Of a stretch of DNA of 25,156 nt, positions 24,647-25,156 are shown piece after piece. Position 1 is the first letter of the stretch, and every line of letters starts with the position of its first letter. The DNA comes from Methanosaeta sp. PtaB.Bin039 (lineage in GTDB: Archaea; Halobacteriota; Methanosarcinia; Methanotrichales; Methanotrichaceae). The notes beneath the pieces are model-generated. The model was not told the origin of the DNA. It worked only from the letters and a program-made list of their open reading frames with translations, and made no database searches. Made by a program: the position numbers and the translations under genes. Location: contig MVQI01000024.1 in assembly GCA_002067795.1 (NCBI GenBank), forward strand, positions 1-25,156, in the 5' to 3' direction.

Positions 24647-25156
24647 AACCGCCGATGTCCTGGGTGCCATCTGCATCATAATTGATTTCTACTGGCCGAA
24701 AGCTACGGACTGTGAAAATGATTACTCAAGATAGAGATAACCGCAACAGTTCTCGTGGATATATTTTATAAATGTTACGAATCAATTCTTCTTATACCCT
24801 GCTGCTCTGCTGCGGGGATAAAGTGCATACGATCTAATTCAAGGGATTGTTCATTACGTTATTTGCTGTCATATGTATGCTATGGCGTCTACGCATAATT
24901 CGCAGCATGCGAGACGGGATGCGCCGTTACGGGTGACTTATTTCTTGCCTGAATGTAAAATCTGCAATAGAAGATGGATTTTAGCTATAGTATTATCACT
25001 CGAGGATTACGATCAACGTTGGATTCTGAGACCTACATGAAACTATAGTTTTTGATTTTGAGGTCTTATGTCATGTAATTCTTTTTGGCGCTCAATTGTC
25101 GCAATTTACTTCCAGATTTTGCTAGCTTCCGCTAGGTCAGATGACTCCGGCTCTTC

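Noticed and set aside
24650-25156. A tRNA or other structured RNA in the AT-rich tail
   Set aside because: I could not find a GTTCRANYC T-loop, an acceptor/anticodon stem arrangement or conserved boxes by eye on either strand.
1-25156. CRISPR arrays, IS elements/transposases, integrases, toxin-antitoxin or known defense genes
   Set aside because: No regularly spaced direct repeats were seen. No DDE, HTH-transposase or tyrosine-recombinase ORFs are present. There are no nuclease or helicase signatures. The window is metabolic/transport in character.

Overview
This window is GC-rich (about 58%, falling to about 40% in the last 500 bp) and is almost certainly archaeal, most likely a Methanosarcinales (Methanothrix/Methanosaeta-like) methanogen. 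The supporting evidence is a Methanosarcinales-type coenzyme M (CoM) biosynthesis gene set, GGTGA-type ribosome-binding sites, TATA-like promoters, oligo-T terminators and frequent TTG/GTG start codons. I could not run searches, so the organism call is inference.

Gene content, start to end:
(1) The N-terminal two thirds of a heavy-metal P1B-type ATPase on the minus strand, running off the window start. I translated it by hand; it has TGES and CPC motifs.
(2) A class I SAM methyltransferase immediately upstream of it.
(3) A tightly packed five-gene Fe-siderophore/cobalamin-type ABC importer operon: substrate-binding protein, a second paralogous SAM methyltransferase, an SPFH/band-7 protein, a FecCD permease and an ATPase.
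(4) A secreted FmdE/FwdE-domain protein.
(5) An MFS transporter.
(6) An EF-Tu/EF-1alpha-like protein with degenerate GTPase motifs.
(7) A NitT/TauT (sulfonate/taurine-type) ABC binding protein and permease with no adjacent ATPase.
(8) A CoM biosynthesis cluster: a COG1900/DUF39 protein with a 2x[4Fe-4S] ferredoxin tail (putative final CoM-forming enzyme), comE and comD.
(9) Two secreted hypothetical proteins.
(10) A four-gene minus-strand operon made of a cysteate-synthase-like PLP enzyme, an orphan ABC-type ATPase, a G3E-family (HypB/UreG/CobW-like) GTPase with a C-terminal CxxC, and a protein with an RnfB/AcsC-type 4Fe-4S domain. The last three are translationally coupled by GTGA overlaps.
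(11) A divergently transcribed HTH regulator.
(12) A SemiSWEET, a hypothetical protein and an ICMT/PEMT-family membrane methyltransferase.
(13) An AT-rich non-coding tail.

The best candidate for an undescribed system is the cysteate synthase / orphan ABC ATPase / G3E GTPase / Fe-S protein operon, together with the nearby ATPase-less sulfonate-type transporter. The pairing of two paralogous methyltransferases with metal-transport modules is also worth follow-up. No CRISPR array, rRNA, tRNA or obvious mobile element was found.
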